The notes under the pieces were generated by a model. That model saw only the letters and a program-made list of their open reading frames with translations. It made no database searches and was not told where the DNA came from. From assembly GCA_947448735.1 (NCBI GenBank), contig CANFOS010000011.1:28874-92873 (forward strand): a DNA stretch of 64,000 bases. Direction: 5' to 3'. Position 1 is the first letter of the stretch; every line of letters begins with the position of its first letter. Both the position numbers and the translations under genes were made by a program. This document shows positions 54,586 through 63,466 of this stretch, in pieces. The stretch is from Comamonadaceae bacterium (GTDB lineage: Bacteria; Pseudomonadota; Gammaproteobacteria; Burkholderiales; Burkholderiaceae_C).

Positions 54586-54900
54586 TCAAACCGGAACTGG
54601 CAGGGTTTTACCCTTGGGGCGGAGCAAGTTCAAGACCTGCAATGCTTCAAAAGTACAGGCGCTGGCCTTGGCATCAGGATCAGCCAAATCGGCGGGCTCT
54701 TTGCGTTGTAGCAACAGATCCAGCAGATCATTGTCGGACAAATCCATTAAATCATTCATGCCTTTGGCTTGGGCTATCGTTAACGTGGACTCATGTTGAG
54801 CAAAGAACTTTTCAATCAGCAAATCGTTTTCCAGCAAACCCCGGCGGCAACGCCAGCGCAGTTTGCTCAATTCACGTTCGCCCAGAAGTTCGTCAAGCAT
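54586..54900 (-). CDS. sdhE: Succinate dehydrogenase assembly factor SdhE
   Basis: KLRWRCRRGLLENDL; between sdhB and gltA. Confidence 0.9.
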   Translation of the reverse strand: MLDELLGERELSKLRWRCRRGLLENDLLIEKFFAQHESTLTIAQAKGMNDLMDLSDNDLLDLLLQRKEPADLADPDAKASACTFEALQVLNLLRPKGKTLPVPV

Positions 54901-55006
54901 GCCATTTTCCGACGGGCCGCCCTTAGGAAAATTAGCCCCAACTTCTTGTGAAAGGGGCAGCGTATCGCCATAGGCGTGCGAAGCGACAAGCGTGGGGGTC
55001 ATATTT

Positions 55007-55711
55007 CTAGACAGAGCGCAGCACCATCATCTCTTTGATCTTGCCAATCGCCTTGGTTGGGTTCAAGCCTTTTGGGCACACATCCACGCAGTTCATGATG
55101 GTGTGGCAACGGAACAGGCGGTACGGGTCTTCCAGGTTGTCCAGGCGCTCGGCGGTGCCTTGGTCGCGGCTGTCGGCAATGAAGCGGTAGGCTTGCAACA
55201 GGCCGGCTGGACCCACGAATTTGTCCGGGTTCCACCAGAAGCTGGGGCAACTGGTGGAGCAGCTTGCGCACAAAATGCATTCGTACAGGCCGTTCAGTTC
55301 ATCACGCTCTTCCGGGCTTTGCAGACGTTCCTTTTCAGGCGGCACGTTGTCATTGATCAAATAGGGCTTGATCGAGTTGTACTGTTTGAAGAACTGCGTC
55401 ATGTCGACGATCAAGTCACGCACGACGGGCAATCCTGGCAAGGGCTTGAGCGTGATTTCACCAGGCAGGGTGCGCATATTGGTCAGGCAGGCCAGTCCGT
55501 TTTTACCGTTGATGTTCATCGCGTCAGAGCCGCAAACGCCTTCGCGGCATGAACGCCTGAAGCTGATGCTCGGATCTTGGGCTTTCAGCTTCATCAGCGC
55601 ATCGAGCAACATGCGCTCAGTGCCGTCGAGTTCAACCTCGATTTTTTGCATGTACGGCTTGGCGTCGGTGTCCGGGTCGTATCGGTAAATGTTGAAGGTG
55701 CGTTTGGTCAT
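55007..55711 (-). CDS. sdhB: Succinate dehydrogenase iron-sulfur subunit
   Basis: RSCREGVCGSD, CILCASCSTSCP, CHTIMNCVDVCP. Confidence 0.99.
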   Translation of the reverse strand: MTKRTFNIYRYDPDTDAKPYMQKIEVELDGTERMLLDALMKLKAQDPSISFRRSCREGVCGSDAMNINGKNGLACLTNMRTLPGEITLKPLPGLPVVRDLIVDMTQFFKQYNSIKPYLINDNVPPEKERLQSPEERDELNGLYECILCASCSTSCPSFWWNPDKFVGPAGLLQAYRFIADSRDQGTAERLDNLEDPYRLFRCHTIMNCVDVCPKGLNPTKAIGKIKEMMVLRSV

Positions 55712-55726
55712 GGTGTGTGCCTGCTG

Positions 55727-55757
55727 AATATCGAAAAAATATCGAAAAATATCGAAA
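55727..55757. repeat. Short tandem repeat (AATATCGAAA x3)
   Basis: Three copies in the sdhA-sdhB spacer, one extra A between copies 1 and 2. Confidence 0.8.
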
Positions 55758-55764
55758 TTAGTTT

Positions 55765-57558
55765 TTAGAAACTGCGAACTTTGAGTGGCAGTGAGTCAAC
55801 CGTCAGCGGAATCATTTGCACGGGCTTGTAGGTCAGGCTGTTGCTTTGGCTGTGCCACAGTGTGTGCTTGTGCCACTCTTCGTCGTTGCGGCCATTCGGA
55901 TGTGCGGGTGTGTCGCCGTAGTCGTCGACTGAATGCGCGCCGCGGCTTTCCTTGCGCGCTGCTGCCGACACGATGGTCGCTTGTGCGGACTCAATCAGAT
56001 TTTCAACTTCCAGCGCTTCAATGCGGGCGGTGTTGAAGATTTTTGACTTGTCCTTCAGGCCGATATTTTTCACCCGCTCGCGCAGTTTGGCAATCGCCTC
56101 GACACCTTCATCCATGCTGGCCTGGGTGCGGAAAACGCCGGCATACTTTTGCATGGCGGCGCGAATGTCGTTGGCAACGTCCTGGGCATATTCGCCGTCT
56201 GTGGCGTTGTCTAAACGCGCGATTCTGCTCAACGTAGCATCGGCAGCATCAGCCGGCAGTGGCTTGTGAACGGTGGTTTTATTGTGCTCAACGATGTGGT
56301 TGCCCGCTGCGCGGCCAAACACCAGCAAATCAAGCAGCGAGTTGGTGCCCAGACGATTGGCGCCGTGCACACTGACGCAAGAGCATTCGCCCACCGCATA
56401 CAGACCATTCACTACTTCGCTCTTGTTGTCAGCGTTTTGTGTCACGACCTGGCCATGGATGTTGGTCGGTATACCGCCCATTTGGTAGTGGATGGTTGGC
56501 ACCACAGGAATCGGTTCTTTGGTGATGTCGACGTTGGCAAAGTTGTGGCCAATCTCAAACACCGACGGCAGGCGCTTCATGATGGTTTCAGCGCCCAAGT
56601 GCGTCATGTCCAGGTTGATGTAGTCCTTGTTCGGACCGCAGCCACGGCCTTCCTTGATCTCTTGGTCCATGCAGCGTGATACGTAGTCGCGTGGGGCCAG
56701 GTCCTTGTAGGCCGGTGCGTAGCGCTCCATGAAGCGCTCGCCATTGCTGTTGCGCAAAATCGCGCCTTCGCCGCGGCAACCTTCAGTCAGCAACACGCCT
56801 GCACCGGCCACCCCGGTCGGGTGAAACTGCCAGAACTCCATGTCTTCCAGCGGAATGCCAGCGCGTGCGGCCATGCCCAAGCCATCACCGGTATTGATAA
56901 AGGCGTTGGTTGACGCCGCAAAAATACGGCCCGCACCGCCAGTGGCCAGCAGCGTGGTTTTGGCTTCAAAAATATGCACGTCACCGGTTTCCATCTCGAT
57001 GGCGGTCACGCCGACCACGTCACCCGCAGCATCGCGGATCAGGTCCATGGCCAGCCACTCGACGAAGAAGCTGGTTTTTTCTTTCACGTTTTGCTGGTAC
57101 AGCGTGTGCAGCATGGCGTGGCCGGTACGGTCAGCAGCAGCGCAGGCCCGCTCTACCGCTTTTTCGCCGTAGTTGGCGGTGTGGCCGCCAAAGGGGCGCT
57201 GGTAAATCGTGCCATCAGGGTTGCGGTCAAACGGCATGCCCATGTGCTCCAGGTCATACACCACCTTGGGGGCTTCTCGGCACATGAACTCAATCGCGTC
57301 CTGGTCACCCAGGTAGTCCGAGCCTTTGACAGTGTCGAAAAAATGGTAGTGCCAGTTGTCCTCGTTCATGTTCCCCAGTGACGCACCGATGCCGCCTTGC
57401 GCCGCCACGGTGTGTGAGCGGGTCGGAAAAACCTTGGACAGCACGGCCACGTTCAGACCGGCGCGAGCCAGTTGCAGCGAGGCACGCATGCCAGAGCCGC
57501 CGGCTCCGACGATGACAACGTCAAATTTGCGCTTGGGGATTTTGGAGCTTGCGGTCAT
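55765..57558 (-). CDS. sdhA: Succinate dehydrogenase flavoprotein
   Basis: GAGGSG, RSHTVAAQGG, QFHPTG, HGANRLGTNSLLD. Confidence 0.99.
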   Translation of the reverse strand: MTASSKIPKRKFDVVIVGAGGSGMRASLQLARAGLNVAVLSKVFPTRSHTVAAQGGIGASLGNMNEDNWHYHFFDTVKGSDYLGDQDAIEFMCREAPKVVYDLEHMGMPFDRNPDGTIYQRPFGGHTANYGEKAVERACAAADRTGHAMLHTLYQQNVKEKTSFFVEWLAMDLIRDAAGDVVGVTAIEMETGDVHIFEAKTTLLATGGAGRIFAASTNAFINTGDGLGMAARAGIPLEDMEFWQFHPTGVAGAGVLLTEGCRGEGAILRNSNGERFMERYAPAYKDLAPRDYVSRCMDQEIKEGRGCGPNKDYINLDMTHLGAETIMKRLPSVFEIGHNFANVDITKEPIPVVPTIHYQMGGIPTNIHGQVVTQNADNKSEVVNGLYAVGECSCVSVHGANRLGTNSLLDLLVFGRAAGNHIVEHNKTTVHKPLPADAADATLSRIARLDNATDGEYAQDVANDIRAAMQKYAGVFRTQASMDEGVEAIAKLRERVKNIGLKDKSKIFNTARIEALEVENLIESAQATIVSAAARKESRGAHSVDDYGDTPAHPNGRNDEEWHKHTLWHSQSNSLTYKPVQMIPLTVDSLPLKVRSF

Positions 57559-57622
57559 GTTTGTTTTTCGAACTCAATGGTGGGTCAAAGCAAGATGGCT
57601 TCAAATAACTTCTGATGATGTT

Positions 57623-57988
57623 TTACAGGCGCCACAGCACCTGGATGCCCCAGCCCGCGCAAGCGGTGAGCCACACAATCGTGAACACCTGCAAACCCAG
57701 GCGCAGGCCAACCGGTTTGATGTAGTCCATCCAGATGTCGCGCATCCCCACCCACACGTGGTACAGCATGGCGATGATCAGGGTGAAGGTCAGCACTTTC
57801 ATCCACTGCGATGAAAAAATACCGGACCATTTGTCGTAGCCAATGGGGCCTTTGGTCAGCATGACCTGACCGAGAACCAGCAGTGTGAAAAGCGCCATCA
57901 GCGCAGCCGTGACGCGCTGGGCCAGCCAGTCGCGCAGACCGTAGTGTGCGCCGACGACGATGCGTTTGGTGCCGTGATTGATTGCCAT
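57623..57988 (-). CDS. sdhD: Succinate dehydrogenase membrane anchor
   Basis: GAHYGLRDWLAQR, HVWVGMRDIWMDY. Confidence 0.95.
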   Translation of the reverse strand: MAINHGTKRIVVGAHYGLRDWLAQRVTAALMALFTLLVLGQVMLTKGPIGYDKWSGIFSSQWMKVLTFTLIIAMLYHVWVGMRDIWMDYIKPVGLRLGLQVFTIVWLTACAGWGIQVLWRL

Positions 57989-58042
57989 ACAAGTGTTTCC
58001 TGATCAAGAGGGGGTCAAAGCTGAGGATCTGACCCGCAAAAA

Positions 58043-58486
58043 TTAATAAATGCCAAAGAGTTTGGCACCCAACACCAGCGTCAGGGCGACGCTGATGGCA
58101 AGCGTGGCAATGGCCGACGTTTTGCCAAATTCTTTGGTCACCGCCGAGTGGTGCGTGTCAGACCACAAATGGCGCAGGCCGGCAAGCGAGTGGTGCAGAA
58201 AAGCCCAGATCAGCGCCAGTGCCAGCAGCTTCCAGATGATGCCCGGCAGGCCCAGCATGCCCACATTGAAAGCGCCCTTGAATTTGGCGAATGAGATTTC
58301 AGACGAAATGGACGTGTCGAACATCCAGATGATGAAGGGCATCAGGATGAACATGATGGCCCCGCTGATGCGGTGAAGAATCGACACAATGCCCGCAACG
58401 GGCAGGCGGTAGGACGGCAGGTCGGTGAAGGCGTTGATATTGCGGAACTCGGGCCGCTTTTTGGCGGTCGTTGCAGTCTCTGGCAT
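58043..58486 (-). CDS. sdhC: Succinate dehydrogenase cytochrome b556 subunit
   Basis: SILHRISG, HHSLAGLRHL; start ATG 58486. Confidence 0.95.
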   Translation of the reverse strand: MPETATTAKKRPEFRNINAFTDLPSYRLPVAGIVSILHRISGAIMFILMPFIIWMFDTSISSEISFAKFKGAFNVGMLGLPGIIWKLLALALIWAFLHHSLAGLRHLWSDTHHSAVTKEFGKTSAIATLAISVALTLVLGAKLFGIY

Positions 58487-58664
58487 GCGTGACTTTCTGT
58501 GTTGTTCTGAAACTATCGCTGGGTGACCCGTCAATCGACGGATCTGTCGTTGATATTTCGGCAAATTCTGGTAAACCCTCGGATTCTATTGCAATGCAGC
58601 ATCGGAATTTTTCGGGTCATATTTGAGCTTAAGGTTTTTGTCTGAACAGGGGCTGACAAGGGAT

Positions 58665-60308
58665 TCACAAACTGTCCAGATCGGCCAGCATTTCGCTGGC
58701 GCGCCCGCGCACTTCTGCCCGCACTTCAGGGGTCATGCGCTGCAGGTTTTTGACCATCAGCGCGGTGCGCGGGTTGCCTGCAAAGCTGGCCTCGTGTTGG
58801 TCCAGGAAATTCCAGTACAGCGTGGTCATGGGGCAGGCGTTAGCGCCCACGCGCGTGTCGCTCTCATACTTGCAGTCGCTGCAGTAATTACTCATGCGTT
58901 TGACATAGGCGCCGCTGGCCACATAGGGCTTGCTGGTAAAGCGCCCGCCATTGGCAAACAGCGCCATGCCTGCCGTGTTGGGCAGTTCTACCCATTCCAC
59001 CGCGTCGACATAAACCGCCAGATACCAGTCGCAAACGGCTTGCGGGCTGATCTGTGCGGTGACACCAAACATGCCCGTGATCATCAGCCGCTGGATGTGG
59101 TGCGAGTAACCGTTTTGAAGCGTCTGGCCGATGCATTGCTTCATGCAATTCATGTGGGTGTCGCCGGTCCAGTACCACTTGGGTAGTGGGTTGGTGTGAC
59201 GGTAGTGGTTGGCGGTTTTCAGCTCGGGCATATCCATGAAGTACACGCCGCGCATGAACTCGCGCCAGCCCAGGATCTGCCTGATGAAACCCTCCACGCT
59301 GGCCAGGTCCAGGTCATGCTTTTTGTAGGCGGCTTCGGCGGCCTGAATGACTTCTAGCGGGTTGAGCAGCTTCAGGTTGAGCGAACTTGACAGCAATGAA
59401 TGCCAACCAAAATCAAGATTTGTCCACATCGCGTCTTCATGCGGGCCGAACTGCGGCAGACGGTTGGCAATGAAGTCCTTCAGGGCCAGCAAAGCCTGCT
59501 CACGGGTTACCGGCCAGTTGAAGTCTTCCAACTGGCCAGGATGCGCTGCAAAATGGGCATTGACCAGCTGGATGACGTCATTCGTGATGGCATCGGGCTT
59601 GTAGTGAACCGCTTTGGGCACGTTTTGTGGCCCCGCCTTGCCAAAGCTTTTGCGGTTGTCAGCATCAAAGTTCCACTGCCCACCCACCGGTTCATCCCCG
59701 GCCATCAGCACTTTGTATTGCTTGCGCATTTGCCGATAGAAAAATTCCATCCGCAGGCTGGTGGACTTGCCCGCCCACTTGCGGAACTGGGGCAGACCGC
59801 ATAAAAAGTGTTTGTCTTCGCGCCAGGTCAAAAACCCAGCCGGTGAATGACTCGACGTCGCGTTACCGGTCACTTTTTGAGTGTCTTTTAACGGTTTTGA
59901 TGAATGGACATAGGGGGCAATAGCGCCTGATTTAACAGCGCCCTGAACAGCATGCTCAATCTGTTGCCTGACGCGCAAGTCACCCGGCTCCACGCCAATC
60001 ACCGCTTGCGGCTGGCGCTCTTTGATCGCTGCCAGCAGGCCCGCGGCCAGGGTTTGGTCGCCGTGCGTGTCCAGTGCCCGGTAGTCCACTTGCCAGCCGC
60101 GTTGTTTCAGGCTTTGAGAAAAATGCCGCATGGCAGACAAGAACAGGGTGGTGCGAATTTTGTGCGACCAGACATGGGTGGACTCCTCAAAAGCCTCCAC
60201 CATCAACACGGTGTCTTGTTCCGGGTCAAACCCGTCAAAGGCGCTGGAGGCCTCGTCGAGTTGGTCGCCCAAAATGAGCACCAAATGACGCGTTTTTGTA
60301 GATTGCAT
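58665..60308 (-). CDS. Fe-S bacterial cryptochrome/(6-4) photolyase (FeS-BCP, PhrB/CryB type)
   Basis: LVLILGDQL, RMEFFYRQMR, WNFDADNR, HHIQRLM, four Cys ligands (HMNC, NYCSDC, NACP). Confidence 0.92.
   Translation of the reverse strand: MQSTKTRHLVLILGDQLDEASSAFDGFDPEQDTVLMVEAFEESTHVWSHKIRTTLFLSAMRHFSQSLKQRGWQVDYRALDTHGDQTLAAGLLAAIKERQPQAVIGVEPGDLRVRQQIEHAVQGAVKSGAIAPYVHSSKPLKDTQKVTGNATSSHSPAGFLTWREDKHFLCGLPQFRKWAGKSTSLRMEFFYRQMRKQYKVLMAGDEPVGGQWNFDADNRKSFGKAGPQNVPKAVHYKPDAITNDVIQLVNAHFAAHPGQLEDFNWPVTREQALLALKDFIANRLPQFGPHEDAMWTNLDFGWHSLLSSSLNLKLLNPLEVIQAAEAAYKKHDLDLASVEGFIRQILGWREFMRGVYFMDMPELKTANHYRHTNPLPKWYWTGDTHMNCMKQCIGQTLQNGYSHHIQRLMITGMFGVTAQISPQAVCDWYLAVYVDAVEWVELPNTAGMALFANGGRFTSKPYVASGAYVKRMSNYCSDCKYESDTRVGANACPMTTLYWNFLDQHEASFAGNPRTALMVKNLQRMTPEVRAEVRGRASEMLADLDSL
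59898..59940 (-). repeat. Degenerate 43-bp element, inside the photolyase insertion
   Basis: CGCTGT-TAAATCA-GGCGC then an AT-rich stretch; GGNCT box lost. Confidence 0.45.
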
Positions 60309-60395
60309 ACTGATGATTCTATTTGGCGACTGGTTGGTATTTTGGTGTCGACATCAAGACCACATCGCCGGTGCGGGCAGGGGAAAAAGAGTCGC

Positions 60396-60578
60396 TCAGG
60401 AGGCTGGCAACTTGCTGGTCGCTTTGCCTTTTTGGCCGCGGCAAGCATCGGAGCAATACTTGACCTCAGCCCAGTTCTTGGCCCAGCTCTTACGCCAGGT
60501 CATTTCGCGGCCGCAGGCCACGCACGGCTTGCTCGGGAGCGACGCCTTGTTGCCCTTGAATCCAGACTTTTCAGGCAT
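60396..60578 (-). CDS. DUF2256-type small Cys protein
   Basis: LPSKPCVACGREMTWRKSWAKNWAEVKYCSDACR; a family I recall as commonly next to photolyases. Confidence 0.88.
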   Translation of the reverse strand: MPEKSGFKGNKASLPSKPCVACGREMTWRKSWAKNWAEVKYCSDACRGQKGKATSKLPAS

Positions 60579-61360
60579 CAGTTCAGTGTGTTGTGATAGT
60601 GGTGCGTGTCGGTGCGGTAGTAGCCCCGGCGCAGCTCCATCGGCACATTTTGATAGGTGTAGGCAATCCGCTCCACGCTCAGAAGCGGTGTGCCGCGCTC
60701 TACTTTTAATAGCTGCTCGCGCCCGTCGATGGCTGACTCGGCGCGTATTTTCTCTTCGGCTCGCACCATGCGCATGTTGAATTCAGTTTCAAACAGCGCA
60801 TACATCGGGCCGTGGTAATCGGCCAGGCGCTCGGCGGTCAGGCCTTTGAATGGGGCTGCGGGCAGCCAGATGTCTTCAACAATTGTGGGGACGCCCGCAA
60901 AACTGAGCACCCGCCGCGCTTGCAACACGGCGTCGCCACTGCGCAGAGCCAAAGCCCTTGCCACATCGGCAGTGGCCCGGGCGCGGCGGCAATCGATGAT
61001 CTCGCGCTGGGCTGGGCCTTCGCTGCCTGGTGTGCCGCTGTCGGGCACCAGCTTGAGGAAGCGGAACTGCACATGCTGTTCGGCATGCGTTGCCACGAAA
61101 GTGCCCTTGCCCTGGCGGCGCACCACCAGGTTGCTGGCGGCCAGCTCGTCAATGGCTTTGCGCACCGTGCCCTGGCTGACGCGGTAGCGGGTGGCCAGGT
61201 CCATTTCAGATGGAATCGCTTCGCCGGGCTTCCATTCGCCGGACTGCAGACTTTGCAAAATCAGCGCCTTGATCTGCTGGTACAGAGGGCTGAAGGCGGG
61301 CGTGGCGGTGTTTGACTCGTCGGCTGACGAGGGGGATGCGAAGGAAGGAATAGCTGCCAT
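60578..61360 (-). CDS. GntR/HutC-family regulator with UTRA domain (SdhR-like)
   Basis: PLYQQIK, IPSEMDLA, VSQGTVRKAIDEL, RRQGKGTFV; divergent from mdh. Confidence 0.93.
   Translation of the reverse strand: MAAIPSFASPSSADESNTATPAFSPLYQQIKALILQSLQSGEWKPGEAIPSEMDLATRYRVSQGTVRKAIDELAASNLVVRRQGKGTFVATHAEQHVQFRFLKLVPDSGTPGSEGPAQREIIDCRRARATADVARALALRSGDAVLQARRVLSFAGVPTIVEDIWLPAAPFKGLTAERLADYHGPMYALFETEFNMRMVRAEEKIRAESAIDGREQLLKVERGTPLLSVERIAYTYQNVPMELRRGYYRTDTHHYHNTLN
60696..60738 (+). repeat. 43-bp element, inside gntR
   Basis: CGCTCT-ACTTTTA-ATAGC-TGCTCGCGC...-TGACT at the fixed distance. Confidence 0.65.
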
Positions 61361-61383
61361 AGGGGGTCTTCGGGGAAGCTTTA

Positions 61384-61409
61384 TCTTATCTTATATAAGA
61401 CATAAGACA
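61384..61409. promoter_or_regulatory. Operator palindrome between gntR and mdh (SdhR-type site)
   Basis: TCTTATCTTATATAAGACATAAGACA, with a perfect core TCTTATATAAGA at 61389-61400. Confidence 0.7.
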
Positions 61410-61498
61410 AATTGACGCATGGCAGCATTCGGCGCTAAAATCTTTGGCTGTTGTTGCTGCATGGCAACCGTTTTACTCACTTCCTGAAAGCTCCCATC

Positions 61499-62485
61499 AT
61501 GACCAAAAAACCCGTCCGCGTTGCCGTTACCGGTGCAGCCGGCCAAATTGGCTACGCGCTGCTGTTTCGTATTGCCTCCGGCGAAATGCTGGGCAAAGAC
61601 CAGCCCGTGATTTTGCAATTGCTGGAAGTCCCGGTTGAGGGTCCACAAAAAGCCCTCAAAGGCGTGATGATGGAACTCGACGACTGTGCCTTTCCTCTGC
61701 TGGTGGGCATGGAAGCGCACAGCGATCCGATGACGGCTTTCAAAGACACCGACTACGCACTGCTGGTGGGGTCCCGCCCACGCGGCCCGGGCATGGAGCG
61801 GGCCGAGTTGCTGGCCGTGAACGGCGCGATTTTTATCGCCCAGGGCAAGGCGCTGAACGCCGTGGCCAGCCGCAACGTCAAGGTGCTGGTGGTCGGCAAC
61901 CCGGCCAACACCAACGCATGGATCGCCATGAAAAGCGCGCCCGATCTGCCGCGCAAAAACTTCACAGCCATGCTGCGCTTGGACCACAACCGCGCGGCCA
62001 GCCAGGTTGCGGCCAAAACCGGCAAGGCTGTGGCCGACATCGAAAAACTCTGCGTGTGGGGCAACCATTCGCCCACCATGTACGCTGACTACCGCTTTGC
62101 CACCATCAAGGGCGAAAGCGTTGCCGCCATGATCAACGACCAGGACTGGAACGCCAACACCTTTTTGCCAACCGTTGGCAAGCGCGGCGCGGCCATCATT
62201 GAAGCGCGCGGCGTGTCGTCAGCCGCATCGGCCGCCAACGCCGCCATCGACCACATGCGCGACTGGGCACTGGGCACCCACGGCAAGTGGGTCACCATGG
62301 GTATCCCATCGGGCGGCCAGTACGGCATTCCTGACGGCACCATGTTTGGTTTCCCTGTGACCTGCGAAGGCGGCGAGTACAAACTGGTTGAAGGCCTGGC
62401 CATTGATGAATTCAGCCAGACCTGCATCAACAAGACATTGGCAGAGTTGCAAGGCGAGCAAGACGGCGTCAAACACCTCCTCTAA
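61499..62485 (+). CDS. mdh: Malate dehydrogenase
   Basis: [34 protein letters not shown]. Confidence 0.98.
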   Translation: MTKKPVRVAVTGAAGQIGYALLFRIASGEMLGKDQPVILQLLEVPVEGPQKALKGVMMELDDCAFPLLVGMEAHSDPMTAFKDTDYALLVGSRPRGPGMERAELLAVNGAIFIAQGKALNAVASRNVKVLVVGNPANTNAWIAMKSAPDLPRKNFTAMLRLDHNRAASQVAAKTGKAVADIEKLCVWGNHSPTMYADYRFATIKGESVAAMINDQDWNANTFLPTVGKRGAAIIEARGVSSAASAANAAIDHMRDWALGTHGKWVTMGIPSGGQYGIPDGTMFGFPVTCEGGEYKLVEGLAIDEFSQTCINKTLAELQGEQDGVKHLL

Positions 62486-63459
62486 TGGCTCATCCCAGAG
62501 AGGTTCTTCTCGGCGCTCAGGCTGCAACTGGTTTCTTGCCAGTTTGCGACCACTACAGTGGCGTAGAGACGCGCATGCGCAAAAGCCTGCAGTTGCAGGC
62601 CGACATGTGCGCTGAGTTCGGCGCTTGCGTTTTTGACGTCACGCTGGACTGCGAAGACGGTGCGCCCGTGGGCGGCGAGGCCGACCACGCCGCCATGGTG
62701 GTGGCCCTGGCCACCCAGGCCAGCCCCAAGGCCCGCGTGGCAGTGCGTGTCCATCCCATCGATCATCCTGCTTTTGAGGCTGACGTAGCCACCATTGCCG
62801 GCACGGTGGGCGACAGGCTTTGCCACATCATGGTGCCTAAAGTCGAGTCGGCGGGCGACATCATGCGGATTGAAAAAGCCCTGAACGATGCGCATGCAGG
62901 GCATCTGCCCCTGCACGTGTTGATTGAATCGCCCGCTGCTGTGCACCGCGCTTTCGAGATTGCCGCGCATCCGCGTGTGCAGTCACTCAGCTTTGGTCTG
63001 ATGGACTTTGTATCGAGCCATGGCGGTGCCATACCTGCGCATGGCATGACCAGTCAGGGTCAGTTCGACCACCCGCTGGTGGTGCGCGCCAAGCTGGAGA
63101 TAGCCTCGGCCTGCCACGCCAACAGCAAAACACCATCGCATTGCGTGGTGACAGAATTTAACGATGCCGCCGCCATGACGATGGCCGCGCGCCGGGCTTT
63201 TCACGAGTTTGGCTACACCCGCATGTGGAGCATCCACCCGAACCAGATTCGTCCGATTCTGGCGGCCTTCGCACCGACTGAAGGTGAGATTGAAGATGCT
63301 ACAAGAATAATAGCTGCAGCCGCTCGTGAAGAGTGGGCTCCGATCAGCTTCGAGGGTAAATTGCACGACCGCGCCAGTTATCGCTATTACTGGCAGGTCT
63401 TGGAGCGTGCGCACCAGACGGGCCGTGACTTGCCAGCCGAGTCACAGATCTACTTTTAG
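62485..63459 (+). CDS. CitE/HpcH-family acyl-CoA lyase
   Basis: TLDCEDGAP, VPKVES, IESP, FGLMD, WSIHPNQI; 1-bp overlap with mdh stop. Confidence 0.88.
   Translation: MAHPREVLLGAQAATGFLPVCDHYSGVETRMRKSLQLQADMCAEFGACVFDVTLDCEDGAPVGGEADHAAMVVALATQASPKARVAVRVHPIDHPAFEADVATIAGTVGDRLCHIMVPKVESAGDIMRIEKALNDAHAGHLPLHVLIESPAAVHRAFEIAAHPRVQSLSFGLMDFVSSHGGAIPAHGMTSQGQFDHPLVVRAKLEIASACHANSKTPSHCVVTEFNDAAAMTMAARRAFHEFGYTRMWSIHPNQIRPILAAFAPTEGEIEDATRIIAAAAREEWAPISFEGKLHDRASYRYYWQVLERAHQTGRDLPAESQIYF
63297..63339 (+). repeat. 43-bp element, inside the CitE-like gene
   Basis: TGCTAC-AAGAATA-ATAGC-N20-GGGCT. Confidence 0.8.
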
Positions 63460-63466
63460 GAATGGC

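Noticed and set aside
54670-54713. GCTCT-N7-GTAGC in sdhE as another copy of the 43-bp element
   Set aside because: Only the palindrome half fits; there is no GGNCT-like box at the 20-nt distance.
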